The position numbers and the translations under genes were made by a program. DNA of 64,000 bases, taken from positions 32,001-96,000 of the forward strand of contig CAYLZE010000003.1 of the NCBI GenBank assembly GCA_964388035.1. Reading direction: 5' to 3'. The stretch comes from an uncultured archaeon. GTDB taxonomy: Archaea > Asgardarchaeota > Lokiarchaeia > Sigyniarchaeales > SOKP01. Positions 21,983 to 32,148 of this stretch are shown one piece after another (within the stretch, counting starts at the first letter, position 1; the number at the start of each line of letters is the position of its first letter). The notes below the pieces were generated by a model. It was not told where the DNA came from and did not search any database. It worked only from the letters and a program-made list of their open reading frames with translations.

Positions 21983-22462
21983 TTATAACTTATTCTTGAG
22001 ATTTTTCAATTTTACACGAAATTCTGCCCTAAATTTCTTTAATAAATCAAGAATTTGTTCGTATTGTCCAATTTGCGTAAATTCTTTCAAGGAGATTAAA
22101 TAAATTCTATGTTGTTTCGGATATATTGTATATTGCATTAATTTTAAATCATGTTCTTTCGCAAAATCGGTTGCTAGTATTACTAAAAAGTCGGAACTCT
22201 GAGAAGCTAATGAGATTCCAAAAAAATAACGTGATTTAGGATACTTCGAATAATTTTTTGTGGTGAAGAAAAAAATATCCTCTTTATCTTTCTTCATCAC
22301 ATGGACTGATTTAATCTTTAATTTCTGGTGGATACCTTTAATTTTTTCCGAAATTGGAGGAAAATCTCCCTTTATTCTTTTGGCGGAATCAATGACATTT
22401 TCGCGAATAAAGCTCTTAATTTCTGGGTCTTGCTCAACTTCTATTTTTTCATCAGTATTCAT
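21983..22462 (-). CDS. Hypothetical protein
   Basis: 159-aa ORF with GAGGAG RBS between aor and pyk. Confidence 0.7.
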   Translation of the reverse strand: MNTDEKIEVEQDPEIKSFIRENVIDSAKRIKGDFPPISEKIKGIHQKLKIKSVHVMKKDKEDIFFFTTKNYSKYPKSRYFFGISLASQSSDFLVILATDFAKEHDLKLMQYTIYPKQHRIYLISLKEFTQIGQYEQILDLLKKFRAEFRVKLKNLKNKL

Positions 22463-22520
22463 TAAAATTTCTCCTCATAGCTAATTTCAATAAAAAAAAG
22501 AGATAATATAGAAAAAAAAC

Positions 22521-24491
22521 TTAATAAAGATCTTTTATTACAAATCCCAAGTCCAGCTCTTGCAGAGTATCTTTTAATGGATATCCATTTTCTTGGTTCC
22601 ATCCCATTTCTTGACAATATAATTTGTAGAAGTCTTCATAATTTACTGTAATTCCTTTTAAGGGTCCTTTTTCATCGGTAGGGTCACCGATTACTCTCCC
22701 TGGTAATCGATTTTCAGTTAGTTTAATTCCTTCTCGTAAAGTAAAGGCTTGTCTTAAATTTTGAATCCTTAATCCAATTTCAATAATTTCATCAATGTTA
22801 ATATCCCATCCGGTCATTGCATTAATCAATTCTAAAATAGGATATGGACCAAACATGGTGGAAAACATGCATAACCCAGCAGCAGATACTACTTGGTGCA
22901 ATCCTGTAATTATTTTCTGAGCTTTAGCTTTCAGATTCTGATCTTTTTTCCATTTTTTCGGAAGATGAATACCTTGCAAGAATGCTTCCGCAGAACCAAT
23001 TTCAAAAAAGTCAATACTAGCCGTAGTGTGTCGTCCCGGAGTAGGATCATAAGCATAACTAAAAGCTAACGATTCATAAGCTCTGGGATTATGCATCGCG
23101 ATCTCTTGCCCCAGAGAGGTCATGGCAAATTTAATAGTATTTTTACCGATTTTTTCTGCTGCACTATTCGCTCCATCTGCTAAAATATCTCCAATACCTT
23201 CTCGATTTATGATTTTTTTTACTAATTCCAAAATTGCTTCGGAATTTCCCCAACTCAATTCGAGTCCATCGGTATCTTCCTTGGTTATTAATCCATTTTC
23301 AAAACATTCAATGGCAAATGCTACCGTACTTCCCGTGGAAATGGTATCAATTGCTGCCCGATTACACAAATCATTTATTTTAAAGATAGTCATGAGATCA
23401 TTGTTTTGTAACATTGCGCCAAATGCACAGCATGTTTCATATTCTGGCATGTGAGTCTCCATCATATCTATTTCTGGAATCGAAAGAATAGCTCCACATT
23501 GAACTGGGCAAGAGAAACATCCATACTGTCGGATCCTATATTCATGAATCTTTGTTGCTGATAAATGTTTTGACATGGTACTGAATGGAAAATCATACAT
23601 TCCTATACCACCCCAGTTTTTTACGGGAGAGTCTCCTGTTTCAGCACTTAACGTATTGCCCGAGGGGGTCCCTAAATTATGATATACACTCCTAACCATG
23701 TTAGGTGGTCCTCCTGCCATAGGCATTTTAATAAGACGAAACATTTTTGCCATGTTAGGAATTCTTCCAAGTAACCATTTACTAACTCCCTTAGCATCTT
23801 TTGCTTTATATCCTTTATTATAATTTCTTACATGTTCCATGAACTTATCCTTATCAAGCAGCGGAACCTTCTCATTTCCTTTAAGCACAATCATTTTCAA
23901 GTTTTTTGACCCCATAACAGCTCCAAGACCAGATCGAGCAGCAATTCTTCCTTTATCATTAGCAATTCCGGAAATACAGGACTTTAATTCGCCAGCTCTT
24001 CCAATTCCTGCCGTTTTTATTTTATTTCCATGCTTTTGCTTTAATTTATCTTCTGCTTGTATGATATCTAAACCCCATATATCTGATGCGTCCAAGATTT
24101 CAATATTTCCTTCTTGAATTAAAACATATCGAGATTCTTGTGCTTTTCCCGTGAAAATTAAGCCATCATAACCACATTTTTTTATCTCGGGACCAAAAGA
24201 ACCTCCTCCATTAGCATCGCCCCATCCCCCAGTTAAAGGAGATTTTCCAACAGCCATGTATCTCCCAGAAAAAGGTGCAACTGTTCCCGTCAATAATCCG
24301 GGGAAAAATCCTAATATGGAATCCGGACTTAAGGGATCGATATTAGCATTCATCCGTTCATAAATAATTCTACTCCCTAGTCCATATCCTCCTAAATAAT
24401 TTTTAAAAACCCCTTTCTCAATGTTGATTTCTTCAAACTTTCCCCCCGAAAGATCAAAGTAAAGTATTTTTCCAAAAAATCCATGGATCAT
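22521..24491 (-). CDS. aor: Tungsten/molybdenum aldehyde:ferredoxin oxidoreductase family
   Basis: YLGGYGLG, KSPLTGG, AARSGLGAVMGSKNLK, CFSCPVQC, PEYET, DTISTG. Confidence 0.93.
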   Translation of the reverse strand: MIHGFFGKILYFDLSGGKFEEINIEKGVFKNYLGGYGLGSRIIYERMNANIDPLSPDSILGFFPGLLTGTVAPFSGRYMAVGKSPLTGGWGDANGGGSFGPEIKKCGYDGLIFTGKAQESRYVLIQEGNIEILDASDIWGLDIIQAEDKLKQKHGNKIKTAGIGRAGELKSCISGIANDKGRIAARSGLGAVMGSKNLKMIVLKGNEKVPLLDKDKFMEHVRNYNKGYKAKDAKGVSKWLLGRIPNMAKMFRLIKMPMAGGPPNMVRSVYHNLGTPSGNTLSAETGDSPVKNWGGIGMYDFPFSTMSKHLSATKIHEYRIRQYGCFSCPVQCGAILSIPEIDMMETHMPEYETCCAFGAMLQNNDLMTIFKINDLCNRAAIDTISTGSTVAFAIECFENGLITKEDTDGLELSWGNSEAILELVKKIINREGIGDILADGANSAAEKIGKNTIKFAMTSLGQEIAMHNPRAYESLAFSYAYDPTPGRHTTASIDFFEIGSAEAFLQGIHLPKKWKKDQNLKAKAQKIITGLHQVVSAAGLCMFSTMFGPYPILELINAMTGWDINIDEIIEIGLRIQNLRQAFTLREGIKLTENRLPGRVIGDPTDEKGPLKGITVNYEDFYKLYCQEMGWNQENGYPLKDTLQELDLGFVIKDLY

Positions 24492-24838
24492 ATAATCTTC
24501 TAAACCTCTTCTGAGTTAATTGAATAAGTGATCTTTATTCACCAATCATTATAATAATAACTTTGATTTAATATTAAATTCTTCCTATTAAAAGATCATA
24601 TTCATGCCTTTTTTGATGGAAGAAACCAATAATTAATTTATAATTAGATTTAAAGTGATTTTCGAAATATTTAAATATGACGAAACATTTAAAAGAAATC
24701 CTTCTTATAAAATATATGCAAAGTTAATTCAATATTTAACGAAATTACATGAATGTTGAGTTCATTTTATTAAATATAATTTAAAGCTTTATAAGTTCTA
24801 TTTAATATATAAAAATAAATAAGCAAGAGGGATCCTTA

Positions 24839-25063
24839 ATGTCCACAACAAGTTCTTTAGAGAAAAAAAAAGAACGTTTGTCTATTGGAAAATTTTTAGA
24901 TTTTGATAATACAAATAAGATCTTTTATAGTAACCTATATTTGGACGATTTTAAATTGGTGGTCAAAATTCCCCTCTCATCAGCTACTTCAGATCAATCT
25001 GGAGAGCAGATTAAAATAGAAACGTTTGATTTAGCGAAATATACATATCTTACTAAAATCTAG
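24839..25063 (+). CDS. Small hypothetical protein
   Basis: 74 aa, ATG preceded by GAGGGA RBS-like sequence. Confidence 0.5.
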   Translation: MSTTSSLEKKKERLSIGKFLDFDNTNKIFYSNLYLDDFKLVVKIPLSSATSDQSGEQIKIETFDLAKYTYLTKI

Positions 25064-25149
25064 GAATTTGGATGTGCCAGTTATTTTCTCATTAAGTTTG
25101 GATTTTATTTAATTAATCTTCTTAAGAAAGAACGTTCTCTAATTTTTAC

Positions 25150-25284
25150 CTACTTTTTATCTTCTTTTTGTTTTTGTTTCAAATATTTGTTCCAACAAGA
25201 AAAACAAATCCATTTTCCATTACATAAAAATACCATGTCTTTCTTTGCACGTATCATTTGACAACTAGCACATTGTTCTTTCAT
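25150..25284 (-). CDS. 44-aa C4 zinc-finger microprotein (not in ORF track)
   Basis: MKEQCASCQMIRAKKDMVFLCNGKWICFSCWNKYLKQKQKEDKK*; two CxxC; AGGTTGGA RBS-like sequence upstream. Confidence 0.7.
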   Translation of the reverse strand: MKEQCASCQMIRAKKDMVFLCNGKWICFSCWNKYLKQKQKEDKK

Positions 25285-25910
25285 TTTTTAATTCCAACCT
25301 TTTCAGAATTATATAATTTCAAATCAATTAAGTTAAATATGAGATCATGAGTAATAAATAAGTGGAAAAAGTTGAGAGAGCGGAAAACGCATGACAAGGA
25401 TGGTGAAAAAAAGTTTAAATAAGGTTGTTAAGAAATAAGAGAAATAAACTGGCCCCAAATTACTGCGGCAATGAATCTATTTCATATTATATGCTTTAAG
25501 ATTTTAACCAATTAACTCCTCTTTTTCTTAAGATACTATCATCTTATTCATTCAGAAATTACTTTCACTCAAACGTTTAAAGTTATAAAAGGAGTGTTTG
25601 GAACTTTTAATTAACATCTAAGGATATCTAAAGATTCTAATATACCGAAATTTTAAGTGAAATTTTAAAAGTAAAATTACATGAGGAATAACATAAAATG
25701 GGGAAGATTTCGGTCGTGATTTGACTAAAAATAACTAATTTTTCTTCGAGGATTCTTTTAGTCACATACATACTTTGTTATTTTGTATGGTCAAGAGCAA
25801 GACTATATTTTTAGAAAATTAATATCCAAAAGAATTTAATATTTTAAGGTTGTAGATTAAATTATAACATGTAGGATAAAGAATTAGGAAAAAAACGAAA
25901 ATTAATTGTT

Positions 25911-27440
25911 ATGTCAAAAGTTAAAGAAATTTATAAAGAAATAGAAAGCATTGTGGGACAGAATAATCTCTCAGATAAAGATTTCATGAAAGCTGCTTAT
26001 TCAAGAAACGTGGATCCTGCATTTCCAGACAGATGGGCGGATATAATCGTAAGACCAGAAACAACTGAAGAAGTTTCTGACATTGTAAAAATAGCAAATA
26101 AATACAAAATTCACATAATTCCACGGGGAGGAGGTGCTGATTTAGTCGGAGGTTCCGTGAACGAGGGAGGTATTCTAATGGATCTCACTCGAATGAATAA
26201 AATTATCGAAATTGATGAAGTAAATCTTTATTGTGAAATAGAATGTGGTACAACATGGGGAGCGTTACTCTCTGAATTGCATAAAAAGGATTTAACCACG
26301 GGAATAATAGGGCCTGGCAGCGGATATTCGGCAACGATTGGGGGCGGATTATCTAATAGTACAGCCGGGTTTGGATCAACTAAATATGGTCTGGTTCCTG
26401 ACATATGTCTAGGAGTAGAAGTCGTTCTACCAAATCCCAAGGGCACTATCATAAGAACGGGAGCTGCAGCTAATAAATATGCAAAGCCTTTCTGTAGGTA
26501 TGGAGTTGCTCCTGACTTCACGGGGTTATTCATGGGAGACGTGGGAACCATGGGAATAAAAACCAAGGCTTTTTTACGATTATTTCCTCTCGCGCCGATT
26601 AAGAAATTTAGAAATTACATGCTAAATAAAAATGATTATACTATTGTTTCTAAGCTATTGCAAGAATTTAGGAAGGAGGTAAGTGATGGTTTACAAGATT
26701 TATATGTCGTTCCTGTGGCTGTTGTCCAGCTTTTGTCTGGCTTGGCAAAAAATAAACCACCAGGACGTGCAAGAATGAAGGGACCGGTATTTCAAGTTTT
26801 TTTGGAAGCCTTTGATGAACGCATCATGGATGTATACCTTGAAAAGGTAGAAGAGATCATGAAAGAGTATGCTAGACCTTTTGAGTGGCAAGAGATTGAT
26901 CTGGATGCAGAATTATCCAAGGATTGGAAGTTTAACCTTAATTTTTCTTATACGTATTTCAACAAATTTATTTCGCTTGCACCCCCGAAAATCTCGTGTG
27001 TAACATGCCACAAGCTCCCAATCTCAGAAATTGCAGAAAAAGAAAAATCTAGTATTAGTTTTGATACAGAACACATCAAGGAGTTTCCACGACAAAGTTT
27101 TTCTTTATTTGCCAGATCCATTCATTTACTTCCAAATGGTAATTGCGTTTGTGCTGGGGGATTTAATGCAGAAAATCGTGAGGACCAGAGAGAGGGCGCC
27201 ATGAAAATTTGGCACGAGAAGCTTCGCTTTCAAGTAAAATATGGGGGAGTTCATTACTGGTTGGGGGAATCCATCTCGCAATCCATTGTGGAAGCCGGAG
27301 CCTATACTCCAGAATTTGCTCAGTTTTTTAAGGATATGAAAAAAACCGTGGATCCCAATTTTTTACTTAGTCCCAGAAAATTCCACATGTATGATTATAA
27401 TGATGATTTTTCAAAATATGTAATTAAAGAGGAGGAATAA
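25911..27440 (+). CDS. FAD-binding oxidoreductase (GlcD/D-lactate dehydrogenase-like)
   Basis: VRPETTEEVS, PRGGG, DLTRMNKI, ATIGGG, GTMGI, DPNFLLSPRK. Confidence 0.88.
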   Translation: MSKVKEIYKEIESIVGQNNLSDKDFMKAAYSRNVDPAFPDRWADIIVRPETTEEVSDIVKIANKYKIHIIPRGGGADLVGGSVNEGGILMDLTRMNKIIEIDEVNLYCEIECGTTWGALLSELHKKDLTTGIIGPGSGYSATIGGGLSNSTAGFGSTKYGLVPDICLGVEVVLPNPKGTIIRTGAAANKYAKPFCRYGVAPDFTGLFMGDVGTMGIKTKAFLRLFPLAPIKKFRNYMLNKNDYTIVSKLLQEFRKEVSDGLQDLYVVPVAVVQLLSGLAKNKPPGRARMKGPVFQVFLEAFDERIMDVYLEKVEEIMKEYARPFEWQEIDLDAELSKDWKFNLNFSYTYFNKFISLAPPKISCVTCHKLPISEIAEKEKSSISFDTEHIKEFPRQSFSLFARSIHLLPNGNCVCAGGFNAENREDQREGAMKIWHEKLRFQVKYGGVHYWLGESISQSIVEAGAYTPEFAQFFKDMKKTVDPNFLLSPRKFHMYDYNDDFSKYVIKEEE

Positions 27441-27445
27441 AAAGA

Positions 27446-28651
27446 ATGGCAGATTTTAATCCAAAAGAAAAATTTAAACATTTAGCTCCGTTTGGAGAAG
27501 TCTTACTTCAATGTATCTCTTGCGGAGATTGTAGAGAAGCGACAGATTATACTTCAGATCCTCAAAAATGGGGTGTTTGCGTTGCTCGAGAACATACTTC
27601 CGGTTTTGAACCGTTCTTTGGAAGAGGAAAGATGCAAATTATTCGATCCTTGTGGCAAGGAAAACTGGAATTAAGTAAAGACATGGCGGAGGTTATATTT
27701 CAATGCCCTACTTGTAATGCCTGTGCGGAAACGTGCGCATATGACATGGATAATGCAAAAATTTATGAAGCTTTGCGAGCAGAATTGGTGGATGCAGGAT
27801 GTGGTTTAGAAGTGCACGTTCCAATGAATGAAGCGATGGTGAATTTGTTAAATCCTTATCAGAGAGATAATAAATTAAAAGCAGAATGGTTAAAGGAGTT
27901 AAATTTTAAAGTAAAGGATGCATCAAGCGAACAGTCGGAAGTGCTCTATTTTGTAGGTTGCACGGCAGCGTTAACGCCCGATATTAGAAAAGTTGCCATC
28001 GATACCGCTAAAGTACTTCATAAATTGAATGTTGATTTTTCTGTTTTTGGAGAACAAGAGATTTGTTGCGGTAGTGTCGCAATGAGAACTGGGGATCGCA
28101 AAGCGTTTAATATCGTTGCGATGAAAAATTATGAACTTTTTAGAAAGAGTGGGGCAAAGACGATCATTACCAGCTGTGCGGGATGTTATAGAACGCTAAA
28201 ATTAGATTATTCTGATCTTCTTGAAGATTTAGGGATAAAGGTTTTGCATACCATTGAATTTATATGTGATTTAGTCATGGAAAAGAATATCTCCTTAAAA
28301 AATCTCGGAATTAAAACCACATATCACGACCCATGTCATACGGGACGTCATATCGGAATCTATGAGGAACCTCGTAAGTTATTAAAGAAAATTTCAACGT
28401 TGACAGAAATGAAGACTATAAAAGAAAATGCAAAATGTTGCGGTGCAGGAGGAGGAGTCAAGAAAGGATTTCCAGAATTAGCTTTAGAAATCGCTAAGAG
28501 TAGAATCCAAGAGGCGGAAGAGACTGGAGCAGATTATTTGGTGAGTATCTGCCCCTTCTGTTATAGAAACTTATCAGATGCTATTACTGCTTTGAATTCA
28601 AAGATTAAAATGATTGACTTGTTAGAATTAGTAAATAAGGCATTACAATAA
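27446..28651 (+). CDS. Fe-S oxidoreductase with CCG domains (GlcF/GlpC/HdrD-like)
   Basis: CISCGDC, CPTCNACAETC, YFVGC, ICCG, SCAGC, YHDPCH, CCGAGGG, CPFC. Confidence 0.9.
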   Translation: MADFNPKEKFKHLAPFGEVLLQCISCGDCREATDYTSDPQKWGVCVAREHTSGFEPFFGRGKMQIIRSLWQGKLELSKDMAEVIFQCPTCNACAETCAYDMDNAKIYEALRAELVDAGCGLEVHVPMNEAMVNLLNPYQRDNKLKAEWLKELNFKVKDASSEQSEVLYFVGCTAALTPDIRKVAIDTAKVLHKLNVDFSVFGEQEICCGSVAMRTGDRKAFNIVAMKNYELFRKSGAKTIITSCAGCYRTLKLDYSDLLEDLGIKVLHTIEFICDLVMEKNISLKNLGIKTTYHDPCHTGRHIGIYEEPRKLLKKISTLTEMKTIKENAKCCGAGGGVKKGFPELALEIAKSRIQEAEETGADYLVSICPFCYRNLSDAITALNSKIKMIDLLELVNKALQ

Positions 28652-28726
28652 TTGTCTCAAGATATTTTATTTATTATTTTTTTAATTTAAATCTAAAAAA
28701 TATAGAAGGTAAAAAGGTAGATTAAA

Positions 28727-29527
28727 ATTAGTTTTAAAAAAGATGTTAAAGAAATTGAAAGGAAAAAAGAAGAATTAAGAACGACTAAATTTAGAAATAC
28801 GGAAATGATCACGGTATTATGGGAGACCAAAAAAGAAATTATAGAGCGCTTGCTTCCGCCCCCCCTGAAACCAGCTAGTAGACCCATTGTAATGAGTTTT
28901 ATCGCTAAATATCCCTCTACAAATCAAGGCCTTCCATATAATGAAGGGGCTCTCACTTTAAGGTGCCAATACCAAGATATACAAGGAAATTATTATTTAG
29001 CAATGCCCGTTACGGATGATCGTGCCATGATTGGAGGGCGGGAGATTTTTGGATTTCCCAAGAAAATGGCGAATGTTGTGTTAACACGGGAGAATAATGA
29101 AGTCCACGCTTATTCGGAGCGGTTAGGAGTTAAAAATATTGAGATCCATGCTAAATTATCAGGTAAATTCAATGATCCCGAAACTCCCAAACTCATTAAA
29201 GAATTGGAATTATTGCCAGGAAGAAAAAAAAATACGATAAATTTTAATTATAAATACTTTCCACACCCAACCAAGGAAGGATTTGATCATGATCCGTGGT
29301 TAGTACAGCAAGAAACTTCTGTAGGACCAAAATCCATGGAAATGGGAGAAGCAGATATACAATTAAACTCAACCATTCATGATCCTTGGGCTGAAGTGGA
29401 AATAGTAAAAGTCTTGGGAGCTTTATACTTGAGAGGGGATAATGAAATGCTACCAGGAAAAATCGTGGCCAAAGTAGATTCAGAACAGTTTTTACCTTAT
29501 TCTTATAATAAATGGGATTGGTACTAG
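28727..29527 (+). CDS. Acetoacetate decarboxylase family protein (probable ATT start; first ATG at 28805)
   Basis: RLLPPPL, PYNEG, GREIFGFPKK (Schiff-base Lys), DPWAE; frame open upstream to TAG 28718. Confidence 0.85.
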   Translation: MSFKKDVKEIERKKEELRTTKFRNTEMITVLWETKKEIIERLLPPPLKPASRPIVMSFIAKYPSTNQGLPYNEGALTLRCQYQDIQGNYYLAMPVTDDRAMIGGREIFGFPKKMANVVLTRENNEVHAYSERLGVKNIEIHAKLSGKFNDPETPKLIKELELLPGRKKNTINFNYKYFPHPTKEGFDHDPWLVQQETSVGPKSMEMGEADIQLNSTIHDPWAEVEIVKVLGALYLRGDNEMLPGKIVAKVDSEQFLPYSYNKWDWY

Positions 29528-29678
29528 CCTTATATAAAAAAACAATTATTTTCAGATATTCTTTTTCTATTCTTTATTTTCTTTTAAAATTCAAACAGGA
29601 TGTTGTAGAACATCATTGATTTTTCTTTGGTTAATTGCAATTTAAATACAAACCATGTAAATTAAAAAAGGAATAAGG

Positions 29679-29800
29679 AAGGAAATGACTCATGGAAATC
29701 CTTTAAAATTTTTAAAGGAAAAGTTTGAACCACAAGGGAATTATTCCAGAGTGGTCAGAGGGCGAAATCCAATATGCGATTTCCATAGAATCCATTCCTT
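29679..29800. ncRNA. Candidate structured non-coding element (~120 nt, multibranch)
   Basis: End-to-end pairing AAGGAAATGACTCATGGAAATC / GATTTCCATAGAATCCATTCCTT enclosing two hairpins; no family recognised. Confidence 0.4.
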
Positions 29801-30082
29801 TATATTTTAGGCGTTTTAATATTTAAAAAGTTGATGAATATATAGAATTTCCGTGTTATCCGTACGAATGATTATTGAATATTTATTCATTAATCCTAAG
29901 AATTAACTAGGTATTATTTGAGGATTCATGCAAAATCGATTAATGGTTACTAAACCAAATAATGAAATTTAGCGTTTGAACCAACTTCTTCTGTAGATCA
30001 GTCATAAATGATTCTCAATCAAAAATACTAAATGATAAATAGAAAATAAAAAAGGATTTCTATAGGTCAAAACTTTAGTAGC

Positions 30083-31084
30083 TTAGAGTCTCTTGATGAC
30101 TACATCTGCCATACGATGACTAAAACCCCATTCATTATCGTACCAGCTAAGGACTGCCACGTGATTTCCTATTACATTTGTCCATAATGGGCAAAATATG
30201 GAGCTATGTGAGTTCTTTATGATATCTTTACTCACGATAGGATCGGGGTTATATTGCAAAATGCCTGCGAGTTTCCCTTCGGAATATTCTTTCATCTTTT
30301 TATTTATTTCTTCTACTGTAGGCGTTTTTTCAACATTTACTTTTAGATCTACTACACTTCCATCAACTGTAGGTACCCTTATTGCCATACCATCGAGTTT
30401 TCCGTTTAAATCGGGGAAGATCAAACCAATAGCTTTGGCGGCTCCCGTCGAAGTTGGGATTATATTTTCCGCACAAGCTCGCCCACGTGTCATTTTTATA
30501 GGATCCCCTGCCTTGGCAGTATCCACAGGTGCTTGCGTGCTAGTATAGGAGTGAATAGTAGTCATTAATCCATTTTTGATAGTAAAGGATTCGTGGAGCA
30601 CTCTCACGATAGGTCCTAAACAATTAGTGGTGCAGGATGCATTGGAGACAATTTTATGTTCTGGTTTAAGTTTATCATCGTTACATCCCATGACTACGGT
30701 AAAATCGGGATTCTTGGCGGGTGCAGAGATTAAAACTTTATCGGCTCCTGCGTCTAAATGTTTCGAAGCACCATCTCTATCAATGAAAAAGCCAGTAGAT
30801 TCTATCGCAACGCTAATATCATTCTTGGAATGAGGTAAATCTGCAGGGTTTCTCTCTTTTGTTATGGGAATTGTTTTTCCATCCACGATGAGAGTATCTT
30901 CGCTTGACTCAACTTTTCCAGGGAAATTTCCGAAGACCGTGTCATACTTTAGAGCATAAGCTAAGTATTTTGGGTTAAACAAATCATTGATGTAAACCAC
31001 TTCAATTTTGGGGTTTTTCCAGACGGCTCGAAAAAAATTGCGGCCAATTCGTCCAAATCCATTAATCATTATTCTTTTTGGAAT
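30083..31084 (-). CDS. gap: Class I glyceraldehyde-3-phosphate dehydrogenase (probable ATT start; first ATG at 31069)
   Basis: INGFGRIGR, SNASCTTNCL, NIIPTSTGAAKA, RVPT, WYDNEWGFS. Confidence 0.96.
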   Translation of the reverse strand: MPKRIMINGFGRIGRNFFRAVWKNPKIEVVYINDLFNPKYLAYALKYDTVFGNFPGKVESSEDTLIVDGKTIPITKERNPADLPHSKNDISVAIESTGFFIDRDGASKHLDAGADKVLISAPAKNPDFTVVMGCNDDKLKPEHKIVSNASCTTNCLGPIVRVLHESFTIKNGLMTTIHSYTSTQAPVDTAKAGDPIKMTRGRACAENIIPTSTGAAKAIGLIFPDLNGKLDGMAIRVPTVDGSVVDLKVNVEKTPTVEEINKKMKEYSEGKLAGILQYNPDPIVSKDIIKNSHSSIFCPLWTNVIGNHVAVLSWYDNEWGFSHRMADVVIKRL

Positions 31085-31351
31085 TTCTTATCACTCTCTT
31101 TATAAGTTTATTTCACAAGTAGGGATACAAGAGGAATTAATAAATCTAACATGTAACATTTATACATTTGAGGTAAAAGTCGAATGGAAGGAGGGAGGAA
31201 AATTTAATTTTTTTTGAAGAGATGAAACATTTTAAGTAACGAATGAGGGAAGAAATTATTCGAGAATTATTTTTAAAGAAAATTCTCAATCAATTTACTC
31301 CGCTTCTACAAATTTATTTGATATTCATTTAAACTTTAAACTAAGAAACTT

Positions 31352-31753
31352 CTATTGTTTTGGTTTCCAATGTTGGAAATATTGAAATAATTCTATAAGA
31401 TTATCGGAAGGATCCAGAAGAAGGATTTGCTTACCACCGACTCCTTTGACCATCTCATTACGAAAACGGCAACCTTCTTTTTTTAATTTTTCTATGAGTG
31501 AATCTAAATCTTCGACTTCAATTGAAATTCTATTCCATCCTCCCGGGATTTGAGGAGTTCCATCTGGCATAGCATAACCACCCCCTTCTTTCTCACTAGG
31601 TTTGGTAAGATATAATTGGATCCCTTCTCGTGAGACAATAGCGAATTCTGGTGCGGGGTGCATGACTATTTCAAATTCTAACATTTTGGTGTAAAATTCA
31701 ATAGCTTTCTCTACATCATTAACGATATATCTAAAATTTATTGCCGACATCAT
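31352..31753 (-). CDS. VOC/glyoxalase family protein
   Basis: RYIVNDVEKAIEFY, PGGWNRI, GGKQILLLDPSDNLIELF. Confidence 0.88.
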   Translation of the reverse strand: MMSAINFRYIVNDVEKAIEFYTKMLEFEIVMHPAPEFAIVSREGIQLYLTKPSEKEGGGYAMPDGTPQIPGGWNRISIEVEDLDSLIEKLKKEGCRFRNEMVKGVGGKQILLLDPSDNLIELFQYFQHWKPKQ

Positions 31754-32148
31754 TTAATTATCCTCAACACCCAATAGTTTTCTTTTAAGTCAAAAAAGAA
31801 TAGATTTGAACTAATCATTCTCTCTTTCTTGTCCAAATTTTTAATTATCTTTAAATTTTATAGGTATTTTTTTCTAATTTATCAAGGATAATGCACCATC
31901 TTAAACTTTCAGTACATAAAATATACATGATTTTTGATTTTTAGATAAATAATTTGCATACTAGAACATAATATCTTTATCGCGTGTTTTGTCGTTTTGG
32001 AAGGGTGTTTCTTTACATTTCAGTCATGGTATTCATGTAAGAAAAAAACAAGAATTGGACTATAAAAAGCATTTATAATGGGTCAGATTTGGTAGATTAT
32101 AGAGAAATAAATTTAAATTAACAATAAATGTAAAGAGTTGATAGAAAA

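Noticed and set aside
29679-29800. 5S rRNA, tRNA, SECIS, or cobalamin/FMN/Moco riboswitch
   Set aside because: Size resembles 5S and GGCGAAATCC resembles a T-loop, but diagnostic conserved sequences are absent and it is not in a 5' leader
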